DNA from: an uncultured Methanoregulaceae archaeon
GTDB taxonomy: Archaea; Halobacteriota; Methanomicrobia; Methanomicrobiales; Methanospirillaceae
Assembly: GCA_963841015.1 (NCBI GenBank)
Contig: CAWJAX010000003.1
Coordinates: 96,001-160,000 of the forward strand
Reading direction: 5' to 3'
DNA: 64,000 nt
A program made the position numbers and the translations under genes. Every line of letters begins with the position of its first letter. The first letter of the stretch is position 1. The notes under the pieces are model-generated. The model did no database searches and was not told the DNA's origin. It saw only the letters and a program-made list of their open reading frames with translations. Shown here in pieces: positions 13,901 to 24,644 of this stretch.

Positions 13901-16900
13901 AGAGTGCCTTCCCATTTTTAACCCAGCCGTCAACCTGATCCGGGTCAATTTTTAAGGATTTGGTGTATGCCGCGATTGCGTCTTCTGTTCGCCCGAGCTC
14001 GTTGAGGGCATCGCCTTTTCGCATCCAGATATCCCTGAGGGCTGGGTTGATGTCAAGCGCCTTTGTATAAGAGACCACAGCATCGTGGATCTTGCCGAGA
14101 TCATGCAGGGCATTGCCCTTTTTTACCCAGCCCTCAGTAAAATTTGAATTGATCTCAAGCGCTTTTGAATAAGCAAGAATAGCCTCCTGTTTTCTGCCAA
14201 GTGAAAAGAGTGCATTTCCTTTCTGCATCCAGATCTCGATAATCGTAGGATTCAGAGAAAGGATCCGGTCATGTGTTTCGATAGCGTCAGAGAACTGACT
14301 AAGCTCTGACAAGAGATTTCGCTCGACAGATCAGTGCTTCGATACTCGACGGATTCGCTGATAAAGCCCTGTCCAGGAGTGGTAAAGCCTCTTCATACCG
14401 TGACAGTTCAGCGTTGGCGATACCCTGATACAGGTAACTGTCTGTTAACGATGGATCAATTTCTGTCGCGTTAATAAATGCAGAAATAGCCTCTTCATAT
14501 CTTTTTGACTGCAGATAGGAAACCCCAAGATAATAATAATTTAATGCATCTGAAGGATCGAGTGTAATGGCAGTCTCGAAAGACTTCAGGGCATCGCTGT
14601 AGCGTTCACGCTGAACGAGAGCAACACCTTTGAAATGATGGGCGGAAGCATTTGAGGGATCAAGCGCTATTGCCTTATCGAATGCCTTTATCGCGTCAGT
14701 AAATCGCTCCTGTCCGGCAAATGAGACACCCAGGAAGTAAAAACCAAGTGCATTTTCAGGTTCGATGGCTAAAGACTTCTCAAATGCCGTGATGGCATCA
14801 TCATACCTTTCACGCTGAGCGAGAGCAATACCTTTTTGATAGAGAATTTTCGGATCTTTGGGGGTGATTTCGAGTGCCTGGTCATAAGATACGACAGCTT
14901 CAAGTGTTTTTCCCAGATGCAGCAAGGCGTTCCCTCTCTCAAAAAATGCACGGGCACAGCGCCGGTTGATTTCGAGAGTTTTATCAAATGCATGAACAGC
15001 TTCTTCAAATCGTTCGAGGGCGATAAAACCAATGCCCAGGTAACACCATGCCCAGAGATCGCGAGGTTGTTCTTCAATTGAACTGCTGAGAATCGAAACT
15101 GCTTCTTCATACTTATGAATCCGGAGAAGCTCGATACTTTTTCTTACTGCCGCTTCAGTATGTTTTGGGTTTAATGCGAGTGCATGATCAAACGCCGAAA
15201 TAGCCTCTTCAGGCAGGTCCAGATTTGTCAGAGCAATACCTTTGTAAAGCCATGAATCAATGTGTGCCGGGTTCTGTTCGAGTGCTTTCTCAAATGTATT
15301 GAGTGCGTCCTGATAGTGGAAAAGGTGTAAAAAAGCGATTCCTTTTCCGTATAACGCCTCTGAATTTTGCGGGGAAATCTCCAGTACACGATCGAAGGTT
15401 TCAAGGGCGAATGTATATTGTTTGAGCTGCAATTGGGCAGAACCGAGGTTATAGAGTGCAGGGAAACAGACTGGATCAATAACAAGGGCAGAATCAAATA
15501 CATCGATCGCTTCACTATATTCTTTTAATTGAATGAGACAAAGTCCCTTGTTGAAAAGTGCATCAATAAAAACGGGATTAATTGCAAGAGCTTTCTCAAA
15601 CGCCTTGATTGCATCAGCATACTGCTGATTCTTTTGGAGAGTTCTTCCTTTATGATAATTGGTTTTCAAATTGTCAGGTTCAAATTCAAGAGCATTATCA
15701 TAAGATAAAATTGCCTCCTTGTACATTCCCATACTGGCCAGAGCATTTCCCTTACCATAGAATGCCGGGGCACATGACCGGTTAAACTCAATCGTTTTAT
15801 CGAATGCCTGAACTGCTTTTTCAAATTGTCCCAGGGAAGAAAGTGCAATACCATGGTAACACCATGCCAGGGCATCACGGGGACTTTCCTTAAGATATCT
15901 GTTGAAAACTGCTACTGCCTCCTCATTTTTTTCGAGCTTGACAAGAGCAATTCCCTTTCGGACAATAGCATCTTTTCCTTTTGGCTCCAATGCATTTGTT
16001 TTATCAAATGCTGCGATCGCCTCTTCATATTGTTTTAACTGGAGGTGAACGATCCCTAAATAATAATATGACGGAGCATAAGCAGGATCGAGTGTTATGG
16101 CATGATTGAATTCGGCTAAAGCATCATCATAGTGCTCTATCGCGATAAGTGCAATGCCCTTGAAATGGTGGATGAGGGCATTTGAGGGTTCAATCGAAAG
16201 GGAATGGTCGAAGGCTGTTATTGCTTCATAATATCGCTCAGTTCCGGCATATGCCACACCAAGGTAATAATATCCGGAAGCATTTTCCGGTTCATGAGAA
16301 AGAGCCCGTTCAAATGTGTCGATTGCCTCGTTATACTGTTCCTTACGGGATAGGGCAACCCCCTTAAAATAGAGAATTCTTGGATTATCGGGTTCAATCT
16401 CTAATGCATGATCATAGAGTGCCACTGCCTCGGACTGGTTTCCTATAGCTGAGAGGGCATTCGCTTTCTCATAGATAGCACGCGTGCATCGGTTGTTGAT
16501 TTCCAAAGCTTTATCAAATGACTGGATTGATTCTTCAAATCTTTCGATTGCGGAGAGGGCAATGCCCCTGTTGCACCAGGCCCAGTCGTTATCAGGTTTC
16601 TCTTCAAGAGCACGATCGAGGATCACTATTGCTTCATCATATCGACAAAGGGCGACAAGCACGATTCCTTTACGAACTGCTGCTTCAGAGTGTCTTGGGT
16701 TTAACAAGAGGTACTTTGTCAAATGCGACAATTGCGTCTTCCAGCAAGCCGAGGTTGTTGAGAGTTATTCCCTTATAGAGCCAACCCTCAACCAGTCCCG
16801 GGTTTTGGTCGATTGCATCATCAAAGCTTACCAGCGATTCCTGATATCTTGAAAGGTTAAAGAGTGCGATCCCCCGGTTATACAACGCTCCGGTATTTTG

Positions 16901-18742
16901 GGGTAAGAGTGCAAGTACATTATCCAGATCTGCAACGGCCTCAGCATAGTGCTTGATCTGCATGAGAGAAATTCCCCTTTGATAGAGCACAAGGGTATTT
17001 GCTGGATCAATTTCCAGCGCCTGATCAAATGCATAAATTGCATCGTCAAATCTGTCGAGTCGAAGGAGCGCAAGTCCCAGATTATAATAAGCGTTTACGT
17101 AGTTTGGGTTGATTGCAATTGCCTGCTCGAACGCATCGATTGCCAGCTCGGACTTTTCGAGTTTTGCTAAAGAGAGACCTTTGTCAAAGTATGTCTGGGC
17201 GTATGATGGTTTGATCGCAATACTTTCGTTGTAAGAATCTATGGCATCACCATATTTTCCAAGTCTTGCAAGCAGGAGCCCTTTCTGGTGATATGCCTGT
17301 GCGTTTTCCCGGTCCTGCAGGATGGCCTTATCAAATTCCTGAATTGCTTCGTTAATATTACCCAGTTTCGCGAGTGCAAATCCCTTATTGTAAAATGCAT
17401 CGGTAAAGAGTGGATTGATTTTTAATGCCTGGTCATAAGCGCTGATAGCTTCGGCAAATCTGCCGAGATTCGCATAGGCAATTCCCTTCTGATATGCAGC
17501 GGAAGCACATTGAGGATCCTGATCGAGTGCTCGTTCGAATGATTCGATCGCTTCTTTATGCCTGCCAAGCTTGGTAAGGGCGATTCCACGGTAATAAAAT
17601 GATGCCGGATGTTCCGTTTTTAAAAGCGTTTGCGTAAATGAAGCCAGTGCATCCTCATACCGGCTCAGTTTTATACAGGCAACTCCTTTCAGATACAGCG
17701 CATCGGAATTTTCGGGATCAAGTGAGAGAACATGATCGAAATCGAGTGCAGCATCGCGGTATTTACTCTGATAGGCTAAGGCAATACCCCGGTTGTAATA
17801 TGCACTGGCATTTTCCGGGCTAAGTTCAATAGCTTTATTGAACGCAAAAACTGCATCGCTGAACTTCTGAATCTTATTTGAAGACAGTCCCCTGTGGAGC
17901 CATGCATCAGCAATCAGGGGGTCGATTTCAAGGGATCGATCAAGTGCAGTAATTGCGTCTTCATATCTTCCGATTTTGAACAATGAAATTCCTTTAATCG
18001 CCCAGATATCAGAATGTCCCGGTTCATATTCAAGGAATTTATCAGCCGATTCATTGGCTTGGCTGTATTGTTCCTGTTTTGCAAGAATGAAACTGAGGTA
18101 ATACCATACCCAGATATCAGTGGGATCCAACTCGTACGCCTTATTGAAAGCGTTCAGGGAATCAGCGTATTTTCCGAGGTCATATAAGGATATTCCTTTA
18201 TTATAGAATGCCCTGGCATACGTAGGTACAATTTCAATAGCCTTATCGTAGGCAAAAATTGCCTCATTGTGCCGACTGAGATCAGCAAGGGCAATTCCTT
18301 TATTATAATAGACTTTTGCATGGCGGGGATCGACTGTTAGCGCATGATCATATGCGCTAATGGCTTCTTTAAAGCGTCCCAATTCATAAAAGGCAATACC
18401 TTTAAGAATCCATGCTTCTGCATTGTCCCAGGAGGTCGCGAGTAACCGATCGCATGCTTCGAGGGCTTTTTCATTCTTCCCAATCTGGGCAAGTGTTGCC
18501 GCTTTATTGTACCATGCATTTGTGTCAGCCGGATCGATTGTAACTGCATGATCGTATGAATCAATCGCATCTTCGTATTTGCCAAGGTCATACAGGGCTA
18601 TACCTTTGAAATAATAGGCTTTTGAAAGGTCGGGAAAGAGGGCGAGTGCCCGGTCAAACATTATGATGGCTTCCTGATATCTGCCAAGATCATAGAGTTC
18701 GATGCCCTGTCGCAACAATGCCTCAGCATCACTCTTATTCAT
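4974..18742 (-). CDS. Giant TPR-repeat protein of about 4,587 aa, appearing as six ORF pieces because of five +1 insertions
   Basis: Pieces 16685-18742, 14299-16731, 13080-14312, 8453-13135, 5584-8751 and 4974-5936 are continuous 34-aa TPR repeats. Removing one base at each junction restores the repeat register, and 13,769-5 = 13,764 nt = 4,588 codons. Confidence 0.88.
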
Positions 18743-18989
18743 GAATTTCTTACCTCACTGTAAATAGCATTTGAAATTCCGGTATTTTCTGCACTTAATG
18801 CTCACCTATAATGGTTTAAATAATCGGCATATACCCTTTTTGGTACTTATGTATGTGTATCAATATTTATCAATACTATTTATATACCATAATCTTGATC
18901 GTTTGATTTTCAAACTCCCGAAAAAAAGTAAACACGAGTGGGGAAAGCCAAGGAATGTAATATCCCTTCGATTATTGTCAATATAAAAA

Positions 18990-19658
18990 TTATGCTGCAT
19001 CTGCACTTTCATAGAGCCTTGTGATATAACGTGGAGAAAATAAACTCAGAAATGGAAGCAGGATGAGGAAAAGAATAATACCGGTGTAGGGGATTACCAT
19101 GTTTATTATAAGGCAGATTATTATTATGTTGATGAGAGTAATGAGCATCATCAGCAGGGCGATAATGTAGGCCATCCGGCCAATCCTGCCAATATGAGCA
19201 AGGATAGCTCCGAAATTGAACGCTTCACCCATAGAATCAGTACGTGCAAAACGAACTCCTGCAGTCATGACAATCAACAAGACTGAAATGGCAACCATAA
19301 CAAGAATAATCGCTCCCATAAGAATGGCAATTATCAACCCCCCGATAGTTGCGGGATTCACGGAAGATCTTAATATATCTGCACTTTCAAAAAGCACAAA
19401 AGATAAGATAAGTACCGGTAATGAGTAGATTAAACCAACAATGAAAAGTCTGATTCCGTCAATGAACATTCTGCCCCAGTTATCTAATTTCGGGGATGGA
19501 TTTGCACCACGATAAATTCGTATGACATATCCCAGATAGAGCGGGAACACGATGCAGCTGAAGATAAGGAGTATCCATTTCTTCCATTTTCCAATCAGAC
19601 CCTCTTTTGCATATTCAAACGAATCTTCGATAATCTCTCCACTATCCACTCTGCTCAC
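18990..19658 (-). CDS. DUF4013-like integral membrane protein
   Basis: SFEYAKEGL..KW, GYVIRIYRG..P.LDNW..F.DG and RFART.S..EAFNF patterns; several TM helices. Confidence 0.8.
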   Translation of the reverse strand: MSRVDSGEIIEDSFEYAKEGLIGKWKKWILLIFSCIVFPLYLGYVIRIYRGANPSPKLDNWGRMFIDGIRLFIVGLIYSLPVLILSFVLFESADILRSSVNPATIGGLIIAILMGAIILVMVAISVLLIVMTAGVRFARTDSMGEAFNFGAILAHIGRIGRMAYIIALLMMLITLINIIIICLIINMVIPYTGIILFLILLPFLSLFSPRYITRLYESADAA

Positions 19659-20343
19659 CTTTGAAAGAGGAAATAATTATTTACCGTTGGACACTCCTGT
19701 ATTAAAATCTATATAAAAAATAACAGGTTATTATAATTATTTTAATAAGTTTTAACTGGTGTGCACATCACATATTGGCGTTTTTTAAAAGGAAATAGCA
19801 AATACACGGTTTAAATCTTTTTATCATAAACTGTTAAAAATTCAAGGGGTCATCCGTGCAACTGACTTGTCAGTACCTGGGAACCTTTCACTGAACACTC
19901 CTTCACGCCTTCTCTGACTTGCCACATCAGACTATTTTGGTTTTAGGAAAAGGGATCGAAATTGTGGTTCTGATCTGTGTCTTACCAATTGGCAACGAAA
20001 CAACACCTGGGGACGTTGATACCCCCGTAGATAAACCGTGAGGGAATCTCAACGGGGAATTCAATCGTTAGCAACCGATAAATACTCTGTAATACCGGTC
20101 ATTCAGATATTACAACAAATGGCAGCATGATAACAGGAGCTTGCCCTTCTGTCAGGATTAATTGAAATTTCTGAATATATTTCCAGCAGGTTATTACTTA
20201 TTCTGATGCTCAAGTGGATTTATGCGGATAAAAAGACAAGGACCAATTGACAATTTGTCAGAATGCGAACTCACATATGGAAGAACAACAGCATAATTAA
20301 ATATTCATGAAACTTGCAGGGATTTCTTAGGGGTATTCATAGT

Positions 20344-21912
20344 ATGAAAGATATTGAGCTGTCAAAAAAACAGCATACAATGGAACCAGGCATTATAGAA
20401 TCAGAAATGCATGATATGACTATCAAACGAAGAGTAATTCACTGGATTCGCCATAATTTCTTCTTCTTTATTACGGGTATGGCCTGTATTATCTGGTTCC
20501 TGTTCCGGACGGGAACCAAACCCTCTCGCGTTGAATATCCCTGTCAGCAGGCATCTATAGCAGGAGCAAATCTCTGGATAGCTGTCTACCTGCTTCCGCT
20601 CGTATCGATGATACAATCAATTGGAAATGGACGCAGACAGACCCCTAGACTCCTGGGCGCGGGAATTATCGTGGTTTTTCTCATCATCGGCGCTTTGTAT
20701 TTTTTCGGAGGTTCGAATTCAGAGCCGATTCCTGATGGCCAGTCACAATCCATGACCGGAGCGGTCATCACAGAAAAATTAAATGCAACTGTTGTTACTT
20801 CAGAAATCTTTGTGGTTAATGGGACATCGGGGAATGATGGGGGTGTCTATCAGCTTCTTAGTCTGATGGAACAGAAAGGGACTCCGTTCTATGCGGCCGC
20901 GAAAGGAACGCAAAAAAACGGATTGATTGCAAAGGATGATGTCGTGATTATCAAGGTTAACGGTCAGTGGGACCAGCGTGGTGGTACGAATACCGATCTT
21001 GTCAGGTCGCTGATTCAGGCAATTGTAAACCATCCGGATGAATTTACCGGAGAGATAATCGTGGCAGATAACGGCCAGGCGCAATATGGAGTAACACAAA
21101 CCGGGGGAAACCTCAACTACGCGAAGAATAATGCAGAAGACAAATCCCAGTCAATGGAGAGTGTAGCCAGATCGTTTTCCGGAACAAATCGGGTATCAAC
21201 ATATCTTTGGGATACCATAACAACACAGCGAGTGAATGAGTATGACGAAGGTGATATGAATGACGGGTATATTGTTAATGAGACCCCCAATCCAAGAACT
21301 CGACTTATTGTCTCATATCCAAAATTCAGGACTCAGTATGGAACCTATGTGAGTTTCAAAAAAGGTATCTGGAATAATGAAACACGTTCATATGAGGAGG
21401 ACCGGCTGAAGATTATCAATGTACCAGTCCTGAAAACTCATGGCACTTTCGGAGTAACCGGAGCTGTGAAAAATTATATGGGGGTTCCTTCGGACAAGCT
21501 CACCACCCAGATGGGGAGCAGAGCACATTTAACTGTTGACAAGGGAGGAATGGGAACCCAGATGGCAGAGACCCGGTTCCCCGCTATTACTATCCTTGAT
21601 GCAATTTGGATTAATGCAAACATGAAACCCTCGGGTCCCGTAACAACCTACGCACAGGCAACAAGGATGAATATCATCGCAGCGAGCACTGATCCGGTTG
21701 CGCTTGATTACTGGGCAGCACAAAATATCCTCATGCCCGCTGCAAAATCCAAGGGCTACTCAGATTTGTCCTCTATGGATCCTGAAAATAATTCCCCGGG
21801 GAAATTTGGGAGCTGGCTCCGTCTCTCTATGATGGAACTTCGTGAAGCGGGATATAAAACAACCATAAACAGGGATGCAATGAATATTTATGTCGCTCAG
21901 AACACCCCATGA
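20344..21912 (+). CDS. Membrane-anchored DUF362-domain protein (start uncertain)
   Basis: DVVIIKVN, TNTDLVR, IIVADNGQ, IINVPVLKTH..GVTGAVKNYMG and ASTDPVALDY are DUF362-type motifs; N-terminal hydrophobic segments. Confidence 0.8.
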   Translation: MKDIELSKKQHTMEPGIIESEMHDMTIKRRVIHWIRHNFFFFITGMACIIWFLFRTGTKPSRVEYPCQQASIAGANLWIAVYLLPLVSMIQSIGNGRRQTPRLLGAGIIVVFLIIGALYFFGGSNSEPIPDGQSQSMTGAVITEKLNATVVTSEIFVVNGTSGNDGGVYQLLSLMEQKGTPFYAAAKGTQKNGLIAKDDVVIIKVNGQWDQRGGTNTDLVRSLIQAIVNHPDEFTGEIIVADNGQAQYGVTQTGGNLNYAKNNAEDKSQSMESVARSFSGTNRVSTYLWDTITTQRVNEYDEGDMNDGYIVNETPNPRTRLIVSYPKFRTQYGTYVSFKKGIWNNETRSYEEDRLKIINVPVLKTHGTFGVTGAVKNYMGVPSDKLTTQMGSRAHLTVDKGGMGTQMAETRFPAITILDAIWINANMKPSGPVTTYAQATRMNIIAASTDPVALDYWAAQNILMPAAKSKGYSDLSSMDPENNSPGKFGSWLRLSMMELREAGYKTTINRDAMNIYVAQNTP

Positions 21913-21929
21913 TACTATACTGAATCATA

Positions 21930-22192
21930 TCGGGAGAGTACGTAGATTCAAGTTTAACTGCTATCTTTGTAACAAAGAGTGGGGAACCCTCTGATAAGAG
22001 TATGAGCTGGGGCTTACCCAATGATGTACCGGTTATCGGGGACTGGAATGGGATGGTACTGATACTGTTGGTATCTACCACAGCGGTAATTTCTTCCTCA
22101 AGAACAGTAATGCTCCTGGTAATGCAGATCTGGTCTTTGGATATGGAATATCAACTGATACACCGTTAGAAGGTGACTGGGCCGGATTATAA
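21930..22192 (+). pseudogene. Fragment of a PVxGDWNGDG (VCBS/FG-GAP-like) repeat surface protein
   Basis: Reads WGLPNDVPVIGDWN(G), then after a 1-nt shift DGTDTVGIYHSGNFFLKNSNAPGNADLVFGYGISTDTPLEGDWAGL-stop. Confidence 0.65.
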
Positions 22193-22291
22193 GAAGAGTT
22201 GGGAAAAATCCCCATCTAACATTTTTGCTTGAAACATTTTCACCCCCTCCATAGTATTTCATTCCCTTTAATTCAGTCAAAATCTGTAATT

Positions 22292-22438
22292 ATGGAATCT
22301 TATTGGTGTTCTCAACAAAATTCTGACATTAATTTGAATGATGGCACAATATCGGATATTATACTAATACCCTGCCGTAAAACGGAATGTGTTGTATGGA
22401 GAGATGGAGAATGTACCCATATCAGTAAAGCAGGGTAA
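22292..22438 (+). CDS. 48-aa Cys-rich microprotein, copy 1
   Basis: 40/48 aa identical to 24177-24359 with mostly synonymous DNA changes; TATA-like CCTTTAATT about 25 nt upstream. Confidence 0.75.
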   Translation: MESYWCSQQNSDINLNDGTISDIILIPCRKTECVVWRDGECTHISKAG

Positions 22439-22813
22439 TATCCTAATCAAATTTTTATTTTAGGTCCCTGTCAAAATCTCTTTCAGCTTGGAGCCGCTGC
22501 GATCTCCTGGCATAACGATCTTTAGAATTTTTAATTTCTGGTTCACTTGGCCGTAACTTTAAGGTTTTCGGAATATTTTGCATGTGAATCGCCTTTTTAA
22601 TTATCTCATTCGCAGACTTTTTTTAAAGTTTTATTAAATAATAAAAATTGGCAATGCGCCGATGCCTTGCCACTCTTTATTACTTAGTCAGAATAGGTAA
22701 CCGTTTAAGGAAGATCCAAGCGTTCATAGTCCAATCCCATTGACAGGATCTTCCGCTTTTTTTTAAACTCATATCGTTCGTCTGTTGGCAGATTGCAAGG
22801 AGGAAAGTATCCA

Positions 22814-22856
22814 CTGTATGATTGCTGTATGATTGTTTCAAAATTTGTTTCAAAAT
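22814..22856. repeat. Abutting tandem repeats CTGTATGATTG x2 and TTGTTTCAAAAT x2
   Basis: Exact copies at 22814-22824/22825-22835 and 22833-22844/22845-22856. Confidence 0.85.
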
Positions 22857-22925
22857 CTGTTTTTCTGGGGAAATAATAAGACAATTAATTGAACACACTG
22901 AATTTGCACATACGGGAGAAGAACC

Positions 22926-23207
22926 ATGAAAGAACCGTTAACTCCTGATGAAGACGCCGTGTTTCTTGAATTTACTCGTCGAGATGTAAAGCCAGGTGAA
23001 GAGGCAATGGTAATAGACCAAATTGCAGAGTCGTGCAATATGTCCTACCAGCGCACTCGAAAAGCGGCACAGAGGTTATTTAAAAAAGGGTATCTCTACA
23101 ATCTTGAAGATGAAAAAGAGCAAGATGAAGTACGAATGCGGGAAATACTGCGCGACTTGTTGCTTCACGATCGCGAGATAAGAGAGTTGTTGAAGACAGA
23201 CTTGTAG
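22926..23207 (+). CDS. Small putative winged-HTH protein
   Basis: IDQIAESCNMSYQRTRKAAQRLFKKGYL resembles a wHTH; charged helical C-terminus; purine-rich GGGAGA upstream. Confidence 0.65.
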   Translation: MKEPLTPDEDAVFLEFTRRDVKPGEEAMVIDQIAESCNMSYQRTRKAAQRLFKKGYLYNLEDEKEQDEVRMREILRDLLLHDREIRELLKTDL

Positions 23208-23210
23208 AAT

Positions 23211-23975
23211 ATGAATTTTGAACAAAAATACTACGAACAATCTGATGTTTGGAATGGCTATTTTAAAGATAAAACCCACACTGAACGAGCCCAAATTACC
23301 TTGGATCTGATTCCGAAAGGGGTTGATTCAATCCTTGATATAGGTTGTGGCGTGGGTAATCTGACAAATCGTATTGAAAAAAATTTCGTCGTTGGTTTGG
23401 ATTTTGCACATACGCCTTTGACATATGTAAAAAAAAATCCAATTCAAGCGAATATTACTAATTTACCCTTTAAAAGAAAAACTTTCAAATTAATCATTAT
23501 TACTGAAATTTTGGAACACCTTAACAATCTGAATTTTCAGAGGGGTTTTAATGAGATTATTCGGCTGGATCCCGATTATATTTTATTATCCACCCCTTTT
23601 AATGAAGATATCACCCTGGAGTTATGTAAATGTAAAAAATGTGGGAACGTTTTTAATTTATCATTACATCAACGCTCTTTTGATACGGAATCATTACAAA
23701 TGCTCTTTAAAAATTACGATTTAGAAAAAAAGTTATATATTACCTACAAAATATCTCCAAATAAAAATTTAATAAAAATCAAACAAAATTTCGGTATTTT
23801 TAATTATTCAAAATCTTGTATGTGCAATAAATGTGGTAATTCAGTAATTGAACCAAAAAAAGTCCCTGATTTATTTTTTAACTCTTTTTTAACTCCAATA
23901 TTGAATGTATCAAAGTCCTTTGCTGGTACAAAACAACCTTATCATCAAATCTTGTTATTTCATAAGAAGTTATAA
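23211..23975 (+). CDS. Class I SAM-dependent methyltransferase with two CxCxxC motifs
   Basis: ILDIGCGVG, VGLDF, NLPF, EILEHL, LSTPFNE motifs; CKCKKC and CMCNKC; very AT-rich. Confidence 0.85.
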   Translation: MNFEQKYYEQSDVWNGYFKDKTHTERAQITLDLIPKGVDSILDIGCGVGNLTNRIEKNFVVGLDFAHTPLTYVKKNPIQANITNLPFKRKTFKLIIITEILEHLNNLNFQRGFNEIIRLDPDYILLSTPFNEDITLELCKCKKCGNVFNLSLHQRSFDTESLQMLFKNYDLEKKLYITYKISPNKNLIKIKQNFGIFNYSKSCMCNKCGNSVIEPKKVPDLFFNSFLTPILNVSKSFAGTKQPYHQILLFHKKL

Positions 23976-24176
23976 TCATTTAAATTAGGAGGATATTTTG
24001 TATGTAATGTAATCCTATTGATTGATCATCAATCGACAACCCTGGTACACTTGAAAATCAATCTAGCTACACCGTCCCATATTCCGAGTAATTCTGCCAA
24101 CCGATTGCCTGCCTTGATTGCACTTTCACTCTTCACTGGACAATTATTGATACCTTTAATTTTCGCGTGATGATTC

Positions 24177-24359
24177 ATGGAATCGTACTGGTGTTGTCAG
24201 AAAAATTCAGACGTTAATTTGAATGATGGCACAATTTCGGATCTTGCCCTAATACCGTGCCGCAAAGCAGAATGTGTTGTGTGGAGAGATGGGGAGTGCA
24301 GCCATATCAGAAAAGCCGGGAAGCCCGACAAGCCCCATGTCTGGAGCAGACAAGATTAA
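24177..24359 (+). CDS. 60-aa Cys-rich microprotein, copy 2
   Basis: Paralog of 22292-22438; CCTTTAATT about 22 nt upstream. Confidence 0.75.
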   Translation: MESYWCCQKNSDVNLNDGTISDLALIPCRKAECVVWRDGECSHIRKAGKPDKPHVWSRQD

Positions 24360-24500
24360 CACGATTTTTCAGTGTATGAAAATAGAAACCGTCACCAAGC
24401 CCCTTTATTTTGCCGATCGCATGGGTGGGAGTACGTTTCTATGATGCAATATCAGGAAATTGAACTAAAGTTTGTAGTGACAAGAACAACACTATCCCAA

Positions 24501-24644
24501 TTAATCAGGTAACATGAGTTTGCATTTCGGGCAGTACTGCCAGGGAATCGTGAACCATTTTGTGATCTTGGAATCACTCACTTTGATGTAGCAGCGGTGC
24601 ATTTTTCCACAACCATTTGGACATGGCTTGGATTTGGATTTCAT
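24501..24644 (-). CDS. 47-aa zinc-ribbon-like microprotein
   Basis: MKSKSKPCPNGCGKM...WQYCPKCKLMLPD has two Cys pairs; ATG at 24644. Confidence 0.6.
   Translation of the reverse strand: MKSKSKPCPNGCGKMHRCYIKVSDSKITKWFTIPWQYCPKCKLMLPD

Noticed and set aside
4974-18742. An operon of six separate TPR genes
   Set aside because: Breaks fall mid-repeat, downstream pieces lack credible starts, and a single-base fix restores each junction.
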